This document shows positions 9,764-21,929 of a stretch of 64,000 nucleotides of DNA, one piece after another. Within the stretch, counting starts at the first letter, position 1, and each line of letters starts with the position of its first letter. Location: assembly GCA_027923505.1 (NCBI GenBank), contig BROI01000012.1, positions 496,001-560,000 on the forward strand, given 5' to 3'. Both the position numbers and the translations under genes were made by a program. The notes under the pieces were generated by a model, which saw only the letters and a list, made by a program, of their open reading frames with translations, was not told where the DNA came from and made no database searches. This DNA is from Mayamaea pseudoterrestris (Eukaryota).

Positions 9764-10093
9764 ATAATGCAACAAAAAACCATCATTGTCAAACGTCCGC
9801 GGGGTGCCAAATTTGTTTCAAGCATAGGAGCAAGACCAGACCATCGTCGGGCAGAATCTCATGGTCGAGCGGTGATGTGAAGAAACGGAGACGGTACGCC
9901 GCGACGGCGCGGCGCGCTGACGTCAGTCCCGTAGCGACATGAAGGAAAACGTACGTGCTCATCGTTCGATTCCTTTTGTTGACGTCGTGGTCGAACGAGG
10001 TTCCAGCTCGAGCACCTCACCTACCGGTACAGTTGTTTGATTCATTTCCTGTTGTAGTTACAAAAGGAGAATATTGGTACAAGAACCTAAAAG

Positions 10094-12075
10094 ATGTTGA
10101 AGTCAGTCCTGATGCTCGTCTTGGCGGCAGCTCCTTTGGCAGCGTTTGCTCCCGTCGGTCGGTTCGGCAAGCCTGGATCTTTGCGCATGTCGAGCGACGA
10201 GTTTACTGTCGCTGTTCTTGGAGATCTGCACATTGATCCACGCAAAATGGAAGACTACGCGACTGGTCGATCGCACTTTATGCCAATCTTTGAGGAAGCC
10301 AAGGCCAAGCATGGCAATGTGGCGCTGGTCTCATTGGGTGACTTGGGTGAATCCAAAAGCGTTCGACCGGAGGAGACGAGCGAACTTTTTGCAGGAACAA
10401 CTGAATGTCACGAAATGGCAGCAGAGTTCTTGAGCTCATTTGGAGTTCCATACGAGGTGGTTGGCGGTAATCATGGTAAGTCCATGTGATGTGTTTTCAA
10501 AGAAGATGATGTGCGTCTTTGTTTGACAAATTAGCCTGCATTCAACGACGAGACAAGTGCAGTGTATGTTACTCTGCTCCATGATCGACAGCACACACGC
10601 TAATCGACATATGTAAATAGCCTATCATCTTTTGTGTTGACCATGCTCCCTTAAATTTAACAGACCTTGAAGGAATTGACGAGTTTCCAACTGATGAGGA
10701 GAACCTTGAAATGTTTCTCCGCGTGCACAACAAGCCGTCACCTCACTTCATTCGTCAAATCGCCGACAAGACGCTATTGGTCGGTCTCAGTTCCACTGTT
10801 TTCCGCGATGCCATCTACACTTCGCACGAGGTGACGATTGACCGGGAACAGCTTCAATGGTTTGAAAATACTGTCAAAACACACCCCGCTTCCGAGGGGT
10901 GGCGTATTTTTGTGTTTACGCATGCGCCTCCCAACGGATCCGGTCTGCGCGTACTGCAGGAGAATCATGTTGTAAACGGATGCTGCTGGTTAAATCACTC
11001 CAACGATAAGGAATGCCGCAAGTTCATCGAACTAGTTCGCGAAAATAGGTGTATCAAGGGATGGTTTTCTGGACACTTTCACTTGGGACAGGTAAGAACA
11101 GTCGGCACAAATTGCGCAACATGAGAAAGAATGATTATATGCGTCTGTGAATCTCATTTCTCTCCGTGTTTCCAATCTCAACAGGACTACGCTGACAGCA
11201 TTAGCTTCCCTACCATTGATCCGGCGGAGGGCCCATACCCAAACCGCGGATCTTGTACCTTTGTACAAACTTCTGTAATGCGAGCCGGAACATCCCGCGA
11301 TACTCGCCAGCAATCGCGATTGATTCGCGGTAACAAGGACGGCTTTGAGATCTGCACCGTTGATCACAAGGCGGGCGGAAAGGTTCGTATTGATGCCACA
11401 ATCAGCTACAAGGGCGACAACAACGAGGTCGGCGTGTACGCACATCCCGACGAAGCCTATCAACATGACAAGTACTTCAAAGTGTATGCTCCAAGTGCCG
11501 GAGATGACTTGCATCCACCAGATGATGGCTTGGTGCAGTACAAGGACTCGTTCATGCTGGATCCAGTCGACAAGAATACTGTCAAGTGGTGGTACATGGC
11601 ATGCGGACGTGTGCTGGGTATGTTGAACGGCATGCTTATTGAGTACGACCGATCCACCTTGGCGCCACTAGGTTTGGTTGTAGGAGCTGACGAGCTCGTT
11701 GGTAAGCGCATCGCAGTAATTGATTCTGGTATTGACGCTGGTGAGTGCATCATTTCAGACGAGGAAGGCATGGAAGGCTTTGATTGTTCCGAAATGGAGT
11801 ACCGCGAGCAAGCGTTGGTCTTGGTGGACGAAGCCGATGGTTCATTTACAGTCGTGCAACCTAACGAGGATGGATCATATTGGCGAAAGATTGTCCGCAA
11901 CAAGATGGTGCGCATGAAGGAGGTTCGACGTGAAAAGGCTGCCAAGGCCCTCGCCAAGCAGCTAGTGAAGGATGGCGAAGCAAAGGTCGTCTCGTCCTGG
12001 GGTCCCTACACGTCTACCTCGGGCACTGCGAAGAAAACGGGTGTGTCTGGATTAACTGTTCCGGCACAAATGTAA
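10094..12075 (+). CDS. Plastid-targeted calcineurin-like metallophosphoesterase, 3 exons (10094-10475, 10664-11091, 11185-12075)
   Basis: Signal peptide plus AAFAP; metallophosphoesterase motifs GDLH, LGDLG, GGNH|D, THAP and SGHFH; both GT-AG introns restore the frame. Confidence 0.88.
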
Positions 12076-12190
12076 GCCGTAAATCTGCGAAAACGTAGCA
12101 TAAGTACAAGCTTATTCACATTGTACACTTTCGCTAGTATCTTAATCTAGTTATCGCGTATCTCCGCAAACAACAACATGATGCTCACAC

Positions 12191-12931
12191 TTAATGCGGA
12201 TTCAACCACTGCTCAAGGGTCCAGCAAAGTTTTGGAATGTCCCTTTCGCCTTTAAATGGAATAAACTGCAGCAGCCGGCCTTCACGTCGATAGTAATCTA
12301 CAATGTCGGCTTCGTAGCGTCTATACTGTAGCAGTCGATGGTTTATAATGTCAAGAGTGTCATCTGGGCGGGAAGTGTAATCTAGTGTTTGGCAACCGAC
12401 GCAATGTGGGTCGGGCTTTGGTAGTTGCGGTGGAAGGTCAAATTCACCATGCTGCACGTCAGCAGCGTTGTGGCTTCTTCCGCAAACTCGACAATGTCTT
12501 CGTCCAAGCATCTTTTCTCGACAAACGTCGTCAGGAACTTGAAGATGCAGACATAAATTTATTTGCAGTTGCATCGGCCAACTGTCCTCCATCAGAGCAA
12601 TTTGCCTTGGCGTTCGTGGATATCCGTCCAAAAAGTAATGATGAAAACCATGCAAAGAATTGGAATTACTGAAAAACTTTTCAAAGTAGCTTAGCAATGC
12701 TTGAGTGACTTGCTCGTCGTCAAGCAAATGGCCAGTCGAAACGTCGTGGCCGCATTCGCGCAGAATGTTTGACGCCGACAGGAGGGGAGCTCGAAAGTGA
12801 TCCGCAAGGTATTTTCCGTAGAATCCTTTACCGGATCCCGGTGGTCCAAGGATAGTTATATTTCTTAGTAGCTTGGTGAGAAGCTGATGGCTCGTTGTAG
12901 TGATCATGATTGGAAGAGGACTGAGCGACAT
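12191..12931 (-). CDS. adk: Adenylate kinase with Cys4 zinc LID
   Basis: P-loop GPPGSGKG, FLDGYPRT, GRRHCRVC...CVGC, RPDD. Confidence 0.9.
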   Translation of the reverse strand: MSLSPLPIMITTTSHQLLTKLLRNITILGPPGSGKGFYGKYLADHFRAPLLSASNILRECGHDVSTGHLLDDEQVTQALLSYFEKFFSNSNSLHGFHHYFLDGYPRTPRQIALMEDSWPMQLQINLCLHLQVPDDVCREKMLGRRHCRVCGRSHNAADVQHGEFDLPPQLPKPDPHCVGCQTLDYTSRPDDTLDIINHRLLQYRRYEADIVDYYRREGRLLQFIPFKGERDIPKLCWTLEQWLNPH

Positions 12932-13347
12932 CGGGTATCGTCGAATGTCGAATGGCGTGGGTGCAGTTCATGCGTTACGTCGTTTACCTTTGCAACGTTT
13001 GTGAAAACTAGTCATCGTGTCTACTGCGACATGATGACGTTTTCATTCTCGGCGCGCCATCGTCGCTCATTATTCGTTTCGATCAGCGGTTCTCAAGCAA
13101 GCGCAGGCAAGCACCTTGACAATGTAGATACATGCTTGCCACAAGACTCGGGCCTCTCTTCGTTGCATTATGGTCGACGAAACTGATCGCGGGGCGGCCC
13201 AGTGCCTTTCGTGCTCAATGAGAGACGCTCAACGATCTTCGAAGCAGCAGTGATCGATGCTCGCTTCGTTGCGTGACGCTTCATTTAAATTCAAACTTAA
13301 AGCATCGTTATACTCGCAAAGTTTGTTTAATGCTTCACTGCTGGACC

Positions 13348-16300
13348 ATGAAGTTTACGTTGGGCTCACTCTGTCTTGCGCTAGCGGCGTGGCCGTCCTT
13401 TGCTGAAAGTTGGCTACTTCAACGACGCAACTTCTATTCCGTTCGATGCTTTGCAAAATCTGGAGCAACGTGCCTCCAGCTGGTTGACACGCTTCTCACC
13501 ATTTATTCGATTATTCGGCTTGCATTTACAGGCACCGCGACGTCGTCGCTACCTTCAAGCTCCGCCGACTGTCTCGCGTCGTCCGTCTACTGCAACTCAG
13601 ATTCAGCCAGCCACGCAGGTTACGTCTCCAACGTTTTTGCTCATTTCGACATCTCCACCAAATCTGCCGACTATCTTAGCGAACGCGACAAATACGACAC
13701 TAAGTGTTACCGAAGCTCCTTCCGTTGCTCCTACTGCAATGATAAACACGACGACGTTGCCTTCGACTGCTCCATCTGCGACGTCCTCAAGTCCAGCCAC
13801 GAACAACACGAGTCTGAATGCATCAACGACGGCTCCATCAATCGCTCCGTCGCCTGCATCTAGCCCAAGTAATAGGACGCTTAATGCTACGACGGTGGTT
13901 CCATCAGTTGTCCCGTCAAGAGCGTTCTCGGTTGCTCCTAGTGCCAACATAACTTCGAATTTCTCTACGATGGTTCCATCAGTGGTTCCATCAACTGGCT
14001 TATCAGTTGCACCTAGTTCAAACGCAACTTTGAATGTCTCGACGAAAGTTCCATCGATTGCACCGTCGGCTGCAATGTCAGGTGCTCCATCGAGTGAATT
14101 GTCAGTTTCACCCACCTTGACGAATAGGACTGCAAACGGGTCAACCACAGTTCCTTCACTTGCTCCGTCAAGCGCTTTGTCCATGGCTCCTAGTGTGAAT
14201 GCGACTTTGAATGTTTCGACAACGGTGCCATCATTTGCTCCATCAAGTATTTTCTCTGCAGCTCCGAGTTTGTCAAATATGACTTTGAAAGCTACGACCG
14301 TACCTTCAATTGCTCCCTCGGCTGCATCGTCAGTTGCTCCCGGGGTGACGAATGCAACTACCAACGCGTCGACTACGCCATCAATTGCTCCGTCAAGTGC
14401 CTTATTATCCGCAGCTCCCAGTGTGTCAAATACGACCTTGAATGCCACCACGATTCCTTCAGTTGTTCCATCGGCGCCATTGTCAGCTGCTCCCAGCGTA
14501 ACGCACGCAACAACTAACATTACTGAAATTCCGTCGATAGCGCCCAGTAATATGAATACGACGGCACGCTCTCTTGCACCGAAAATTCAGTCTAGTGCTC
14601 CATCGACGAAGCCGTCCAAGACTCCGTCGAGCGCTCCAACCGGAGCCCCAACTACTGCTCCTACATCTGGCCCGACAGCTCGTCCATCAAGTGTGCCGTC
14701 AGCTCCGACTAATGCTCCGACTGTCCCGTCTATTGCTCCATCAAACGCTCCAACAGTCGCGCCAACTTCTTCTCCGACGTCTGCCCCGACAGCAGCTACG
14801 ATTACTGGACCGTCAAAAACGCCGTCTGCTCCGTCTACTGCTCCGACCGTCTCATCTAATGCTCCGACTGTGACGTCTATTGCTCCATCAACTGCTCCAA
14901 CATCTTCTCCAACGTCTGCCCCGACGGCCCCTTCAACAACTGGTCCATCAAGCACGCCGTCAGCTCCGTCGAGCGCTCCGTCGAGCGCTCCGTCGGTCCC
15001 GTCTATTGCTCCAACAATCGCTCCAACTATCGCGCCAACCTCTGCTCCAACAACTACACCGACGACCCCTCCAACAACTGGTCCATCAAGCACGCCGTCA
15101 GCTCCCTCGAGCGCTCCGTCGGTCCCGTCTATGGCTCCAACAATCGCGCCAACCTCTTCTCCAACAACTGCACCCAAGACCCCTCCAACAACTGGTCCGT
15201 CAAGTGCGCCGTCAGCTCCGTCAAGTGCTCCATTAGCCCCATCTATTGCTCCAATTATCGCTCCAACTATTGCGCCAACGACTTCTCTAGTAACTGCCCC
15301 GACGGCAGCTGGTCCGTCAAGTGCGCCGTCAGCTCCGTCAAGTGCTCCATCGGCCCTATCTTTTGCCCCTTCAACGTCTGAGACTGGCGGTGGAGCATCA
15401 GTCAATAACACTGCTGCGCCGAGTACGATTCGCTCCGCGGCACCGACAACGATCTTAAAGACTGCGGTACCATCGTCTCCTAGAGCTAGCTCGGCACCGA
15501 GTACGTTTAGTCCGACAACGGCATTTACGACTGCACCAACCGCAGCGGGCGGTGTTGCAGGCAATGTACCAACAAGTCCGCCATCATCATCCGCCACAAC
15601 TCCAATAATTACAAACTGTGGATGTCAGGAATGTACGGCGGAAGTCCTGGATCAGATTGTCACAGACGCCGGCGGAAGTTCTACCTGCCGCGCGCGCATT
15701 GCTTGGGTGATGCAAGTTGACGAGTTCACTGAGGAGGAAGCCTGCTCGAAGGTTTCCGACGAGTTTCCTGACACGTGTGGGCGCGGATGTGACCCCGATG
15801 AAGGATGTTCGCCTATGACTGTGACGGATTGTGGATGTCCCAATTGCACGTCTGAAATTTTGGATCGTAACGCGACGGACGCGGGTGGAACGGCAACATG
15901 TAGAGCACGGATGAATTTTATCATGGGTGAGTATGGAACGTCTCAAACAGCCGCCTGCGCCCGCGTGACGCGGGAGCTTGGGGACGTTTGCACTTCGGAA
16001 TGTGACCCTCGCGTGTGCCAGACCAATGAGACTGGTGGAGCAGCTGAAGCTGGAGCGCCAAGTGTCGTGACAAATTGTGGATGCCCAGACACGTGCGACA
16101 GCGAAATTCTTAATCGCATGGCAGACAATTTTACCTGCCGTGCTCGAGTCGAGTGGGTGATCACGCAATCGGGCTTGGGGTACAATGAAACACAAGCGTG
16201 CATCGTGTTGAACCGAGAATTTCCGACTATTTGCACTTGCAATCCTAGTACCTGCAATCAGCCGTGGGCGCCGACGATGGCCATGAGTGAAGTCCCAAGC

Positions 16301-16588
16301 AACGTTCCCAGTACAGCGCCAGCTATGACAGTGTCGTCCAATTCAAGACTTCCTACGACAGCTATCTCGAGGAGCATGGGTCCAACTATAACGGGAGGTA
16401 CTAGCAGGGCGCCGTCGGATGATCAAGGAACTTTGGGAAAGGAAATGCAGGCGATTCTTCTGAAACAAGGTGCATACGACAACGACAACCATTCACATGC
16501 CCATGACGAGCTGAGTGCTGCGGCTGCCACCGGCTTGTACTTGACGGCGACTGTATTGCTCAGTTGGATTGTTAGCTTGGTGGTGTAA
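13348..16588 (+). CDS. Secreted, probably GPI- or membrane-anchored, Pro/Thr/Ser-rich mucin-like protein with three Cys-rich domains; probable intron 13441-13531
   Basis: Signal peptide MKFTLGSLCLALAAWPSFA from ATG 13348 joins the 1062-aa ORF via gttcga..tttacag; RRRRYLQ motif; PSxAP repeats; three CGC..C...TCRAR...AC...CDP domains; hydrophobic C-terminus. Confidence 0.8.
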
Positions 16589-17015
16589 AACTCTATTTGC
16601 ATGGATTCTTATAAACATATGTCCATAAATTCATTTGGCTGTTGGTGACGATGTAATCGAATTCCAATGTAAGGGTTTAGCTTTGAGCAGCAACAACTGG
16701 ATTGATATAAGATGAATAATTGATTGTTACTACTTTATAATACTAGAAGTATGTTCGTTCAGCAACGTTTTGCTCCGCGGTATTGTGGGATGGAACTTCG
16801 CCGATAGCTAAATGCTTCAACGACGTCATGACGTTTCGACAGTGATGATCACCTCCGTGACCGCGATTTTATTGTCCCCATGCGATGCCTGCCTTGACGG
16901 GTCTAAACAACGAGCTACAAAGCTTTTTGCTTTACGTAGAGCACATATTGTCATGGCACATGTTGTGGCATCTTTGTGCGAGTTCTGGAAGCTAAAAGCT
17001 ACTACAAGTAAACAC

Positions 17016-18233
17016 ATGATGAGGAAACGTCACTCCGAAAGAACAAATGCAACTCGGCAGCTTCGGACCGTTTCTTTACTCCTACAGCTTTTAGTATGTA
17101 CTGCTCCTACTACTGCTTCTGTTAGTCCCGGTAGAAATGGACGACAACGCTATCTAGACTCAACCGTCACGTCCTTTATAGTGGGAGGAGCACCAATCGA
17201 CACTGACCAGCTGCACGCATACTTTTCCTTTGCGCAGCAGTCAACATCATCATCATCATCAAAAGCTTGCGGTGCATCGCTAATTTATTCGGATGTGCTA
17301 TTGACAGCGGCACAGTGTCAAACAGTTTTTCAGAAGGAACAGCTCGTGTATTTGGGAGCAAAGGGCGGCTACATGGAAATGGAAGCACTCGCGACTGTGC
17401 GCGTGCTTTCGACAAAAGTCCACTCAAACTACAATGCAACGACGCTAGCAAACGACATTATGCTGGTGCAAATTGAACATCTTTCTGCTGCAGTGAAGCC
17501 TTTGAAATCAGTTGGAACCACTAAAACGATCGAGAGTGGTGAGTCGGTGACCATGATGGGAATGGGCGAGATTGGAGGTGGAGATGCAACATATATTCTG
17601 CTCGAGGCTCGGCTTGATATTGTCGGCTTTGGCCGATGCTCCAACGACTTTTCCGACACAATCTCGACCAATGAGTCCTTGCAAATATGTGCTGGAGTTC
17701 TAAAGAGTGGTACGAACGACGAGCGAGTGGATGCATGTGACGGAGATGTGGGTGGACCGCTGCTATGGAGCGACAATTCTGACAACGCTAACGACGCAAT
17801 CGAGCAGGTTGGCATTGTTTCATCTCATGGATGTGGCTCCGGCCAGTTTGGTGTTTTCACGCGAGTTTACGCTTACAAAAACTGGATTCGCGAGGGTATT
17901 TGCCGCATGTCAGCAGATCCTCCGTCAAACTGTGCGCCAACCGTTTCGCCGGCGCCAACAGATTCGCCCGCTCCAACGGCTAGAGCCACAACAATGAAAC
18001 CTACAACAACGCCGCCAACGTTTGGAATACTTCCGCCATCGGTACCGACAGTGGATGCTCCCATACCACGTGCTGGTGATGTGAATGCTTCAGCGGCAGA
18101 GCCCATGGTTTCGGACGAGTCGCTCCAGCTTGAGGGCGCAAATGTAGAATCGTCAAGCGCCGAATCGACGATATCCGCTGGCACGGCGGTGAAAATCTTG
18201 GCAGCGATCTGTGTTGTAGGCCTGCTGTCGTAG
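17016..18233 (+). CDS. Trypsin-family (S1) serine protease homologue, predicted catalytically inactive, C-terminally anchored
   Basis: IVGG, CGASLI, LLTAAQC (His->Gln), NDIMLV, GDVGGPL (Ser->Val), GVFTRV; Pro/Thr stalk and hydrophobic tail. Confidence 0.85.
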   Translation: MMRKRHSERTNATRQLRTVSLLLQLLVCTAPTTASVSPGRNGRQRYLDSTVTSFIVGGAPIDTDQLHAYFSFAQQSTSSSSSKACGASLIYSDVLLTAAQCQTVFQKEQLVYLGAKGGYMEMEALATVRVLSTKVHSNYNATTLANDIMLVQIEHLSAAVKPLKSVGTTKTIESGESVTMMGMGEIGGGDATYILLEARLDIVGFGRCSNDFSDTISTNESLQICAGVLKSGTNDERVDACDGDVGGPLLWSDNSDNANDAIEQVGIVSSHGCGSGQFGVFTRVYAYKNWIREGICRMSADPPSNCAPTVSPAPTDSPAPTARATTMKPTTTPPTFGILPPSVPTVDAPIPRAGDVNASAAEPMVSDESLQLEGANVESSSAESTISAGTAVKILAAICVVGLLS

Positions 18234-18632
18234 CATAGTCAATCAGGGAGAAATAATGCTGATACTTACTGAAGACGCAGTCGAAGCATTTCATACGCCA
18301 TACAAGTACATTAAAGGTTTTTCATAACTGATAAGTGGGCTTGTCGTTATACGTGCTACCGGTATGCTAACTGGAGTCTAGTCTATTGAGCACTTCCTGC
18401 TTCTTGTCCCGCATTGTTGTCAGTAAACAATGCCAGTGCCGATACGACTCGTTCCATTGCGTCCGTCGCTCGTCCGCATTCGAGACATCCATCGTCGCGA
18501 AGAAGACCACGCGTTACTTTTTCGACGCCGGCCTTCCGCAGCGACTTCACTCACCTTCCTTTGGAAAAGACTCCGAAGAGAGAAAGAAGTAAAAGCCAGT
18601 AACAAAAAGACATTTATCTGTTGTATACCAGA

Positions 18633-21167
18633 ATGAAGCGACCACGAGGCCGACGCATTACCCTGTTACTCGCATCCGTCCTGCCTCTGCTGGCCGAGCA
18701 TGAAGACGTTGATGTTTCGTCGTCTAATCGAGTAGATGAGCATTCACAGTCAGCTCATGCTGCAACTGACAGACCATTGATGGAACATGATGCATCGTCG
18801 CCTTTACAAAGGGAGGGAGCTCATTTAGATGGTAGTAGTGAAATGCGTCAGTGTCGGAAACACAACAATACTACTCGCTGCAGCTGCAATGAGGAAAATG
18901 ACGCTTCGTCATGGCATCAAGAGGATGAAGACTATTTTCGTATTGGAGAAGTTTCAATACCCCATCGACCATTTTGGTTGGATGAAGCTGCGTTAGGTGA
19001 TTGTGGCTGCGACTCTATGCAAGTACTTGCGAGCAAACGGAGACGAGTACACGACGCTGCTGACGAGCCGCCTGCAAACAGCGTCGCAGAGTCGACCCCG
19101 GCTGAAGCAGCGCGTCGACAGTCGCCAAAGGATGACGAGCTTGTAGAAGGAATTGATACTTATACAGAAGATGACTTGGACTTGACTGATTCATCGAGCA
19201 AGGTGATTGCCACTGCTGTCGCCGAGAGCGTGACTGCGACTACGCCACCTTCTACATCTACACCTGCATCACCCGCTTTGCCGGCAAACACAAAGACCGC
19301 TTTCATGGACGCAGTCGACTATGCGTCCAAGGCGGCTGGTGCGCTTATTTTAGAATCAAGTCGTGGATTGGATGGAGCAGCCAATCTATTGACCAAGGAC
19401 AAGGACAAATATGCGATTGCTGACTGCCAGCATTTGCGACAAGAACACAGAAACAAGGATGAGCATGCATTGACTAGCAGCAACAGTATTAACAGCTACT
19501 TTGTCGTCATTGGATTGTCAGAGGATATTTTGGTGAAGCGCATTGTCTTGGCCAATTACGAGCGCTACTCGAGTCCGTTTCGAGAGTTTTCTGTCATGGG
19601 GTCGCCTACGGCCGACGGCAATTGGATGTATCGTTTGGGCGAGTTTGAAATGCAACTCCAGCAAGGCAAGCAGTCATTTGATCTGGTGAAGCCCGTCTGG
19701 GCGCGCTACTTGAAAGTTGAGTTTAAAAGTTACTACGGCGATGAACATTACTGCACGCTAAGTCAAATCATGGTACATGGAAGTACAGTTTTGCAGGGCT
19801 TTCATGAGCAATGGGAGGAGGATACTGGAACTGCTGCTGTTAAAAGCACTGATGAGATGAGTTCTGCTGTGGAAACCGCGGAGGAAAAGGAAGTTAGCGA
19901 TAAGGCATCGTCGGCGCAAACTGCATTGAAATCTGAGCAGGACAATTTGGTGGGAGCACAATGGGGTAACAGTGAAAGAGTACCGAAGTCGTCTATTCAG
20001 CAACCGAGGAGTGTCCACACGACTCGAGACGTACCTTCTTTGAGCGGCACCGCAGCGGCGTCGTGGCTGAAGCCGATTTTTTCAGAGTCCGGTTTGTCTG
20101 ATGGCTCAAATCCAGACTCGGCGTCGAGCTTGCTCTCGTCTGCGTCGATTTGTCTTTCTAATTGTCGATTCGCTCGAGCGACGAGATTGCAAGCAGCAGT
20201 AAATGAAAACAGTGGTGCTGCGGCTGTTCAACAATCGGAAAGTATACACGTTGGCCTAGAGCGGCTCGTGGCTTTGTCAGAGTCTGATGGTCAACTGACG
20301 ACGCATAGTTACACGGAAATAGCGCTAGCCCAAGAAGCGTACAGACGCATGGCTGCAGCTGGCTTCGTCGATAGTACTTTTGATGACGCAATGCATCAGC
20401 TGCTTGATATGAAACGTACGATGGACTTATGGCGGTCGGACGAAAGTTTTATAAGCGTGGCAAGCCATTCACCGTCTGATGAGGCAGACCAATTTGCGCC
20501 AGATGATCAAGAACTTTTGGAAGTAAGCGCCTCAAATGTTGACGATTCGCAGCATGAAACAAATGTTGTGCTATCTAAGCTTCTGGAGCGATATCCATCA
20601 GCGCAATGTCTTCAGCAGCTTGACCTTGTAAGCTTTAAAGCCAAGTTTCATAAGCCGCGAGCTGGTGCCGTTGGTCAAGATGCAGGTGGGCCAGCCATGG
20701 AGCCGATATTTAAGAGGTTGAAGGATGAAATGAAGTCCATGCAAGCGGCTATCGCGCTACAAGATCAATATGCCATGGAGTCGCTTGCTTGCTACCAGCG
20801 CATTATCATGGAGCTTTTGGTTGATATGGAAATGACTCGATTCGACCAAGCTCGTCGGTTGGACCAACTAGAGCGTGAATGTTACCTTGGTACGCGTTGG
20901 ATGGTTGCGCTGCGGCGACTTATTCAATGTATCAAGCCTTTTGCAGTTGCTTACGCCGTGTATTGCTTCGACGTTCTTTTTTGGGAAGATTATGGTCCAT
21001 TTGTCAGCTTTATTCGCCTGACGGCAGGGTCGTGCATGCTCGCTTCCGTCTTCTATCTCGTCAAATGCCTCTGTGAGAAAATTACTGCGCAAAAGTCGCG
21101 CCCTGTAATATTTGAAAAGAAGTCATCGGACTATATCAGTGACGATTCTTCTTCAAACGCGGGATAG
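18633..21167 (+). CDS. Mid-SUN domain protein (Slp1/SUCO-like)
   Basis: Signal peptide; DYASKAAGALIL, DKDKY, LSEDILVKRIVLANYERYSS, RYLKVEF, YGDEHYCTLSQIMVHG; coiled coil and C-terminal TM segments. Confidence 0.87.
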   Translation: MKRPRGRRITLLLASVLPLLAEHEDVDVSSSNRVDEHSQSAHAATDRPLMEHDASSPLQREGAHLDGSSEMRQCRKHNNTTRCSCNEENDASSWHQEDEDYFRIGEVSIPHRPFWLDEAALGDCGCDSMQVLASKRRRVHDAADEPPANSVAESTPAEAARRQSPKDDELVEGIDTYTEDDLDLTDSSSKVIATAVAESVTATTPPSTSTPASPALPANTKTAFMDAVDYASKAAGALILESSRGLDGAANLLTKDKDKYAIADCQHLRQEHRNKDEHALTSSNSINSYFVVIGLSEDILVKRIVLANYERYSSPFREFSVMGSPTADGNWMYRLGEFEMQLQQGKQSFDLVKPVWARYLKVEFKSYYGDEHYCTLSQIMVHGSTVLQGFHEQWEEDTGTAAVKSTDEMSSAVETAEEKEVSDKASSAQTALKSEQDNLVGAQWGNSERVPKSSIQQPRSVHTTRDVPSLSGTAAASWLKPIFSESGLSDGSNPDSASSLLSSASICLSNCRFARATRLQAAVNENSGAAAVQQSESIHVGLERLVALSESDGQLTTHSYTEIALAQEAYRRMAAAGFVDSTFDDAMHQLLDMKRTMDLWRSDESFISVASHSPSDEADQFAPDDQELLEVSASNVDDSQHETNVVLSKLLERYPSAQCLQQLDLVSFKAKFHKPRAGAVGQDAGGPAMEPIFKRLKDEMKSMQAAIALQDQYAMESLACYQRIIMELLVDMEMTRFDQARRLDQLERECYLGTRWMVALRRLIQCIKPFAVAYAVYCFDVLFWEDYGPFVSFIRLTAGSCMLASVFYLVKCLCEKITAQKSRPVIFEKKSSDYISDDSSSNAG

Positions 21168-21929
21168 CCTGGCAAACTTGCTGCGGCTATGGTAATACCA
21201 TCATTGGATATTCCTTGCGATGGCGACGATCCTAATGCGCGCAAGAGTACTAAAGGTCGTACTTTTTTTGATACAATACCGAAGCAATTTTTGTATATTA
21301 CACTGGTTTGAGCGATTGAGCGAAAAGGAATGCTAATTTGGACCCATTATGGCACCTTTGGCAATGGGTGTGCATTAGCAAGTTGTAAGATGCGACGAGG
21401 AGCCATGAGGGTTACTGCAGCTTTAACCCCACATGATTGGATGAGTCCAACTTATGCGAGCTTGAGGAGTAGCATTGCCCAGTCTGTCCCCAGCCACCAG
21501 ACACCTGGAGATGGTGCAGTCATTGCAAACTTGACAGCATGGTTCCTTCATGATTCCTACTGCAATACTGTTCATGCTAGTGCGTAATTGAATCAATGGG
21601 AAAGCTTTATGCTGGGAGCAGCAATGCCGTAGGAAACAATGGTGTTTTTAGCAAAGTATGTTGCACTACAATATTCGGTATCAGGTGTTAACCTGTCATC
21701 GATGGTACTACAATATTGCTTTGGGCCAATGCCATGCCTTTCCTTCTTTCTTGAAGCAACAGGCAATAATGAAATGAATTAATGTGGCATTGTCAGGAAT
21801 AGATTGTACAACCGTCTCTATGGTTAATACAAAGGATTAGTTTGTTGACACGGTCCTGATAAACTCGTTTCGATCAATCCTCACTTAACAGAAGCAAGGC
21901 TACCTTCAAACGTCGTCACTAAAAAGCAT

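Noticed and set aside
13603..15597. Long minus-strand ORFs (305 and 336 aa)
   Set aside because: Antisense shadows of the Pro/Ser/Thr repeat coding sequence.
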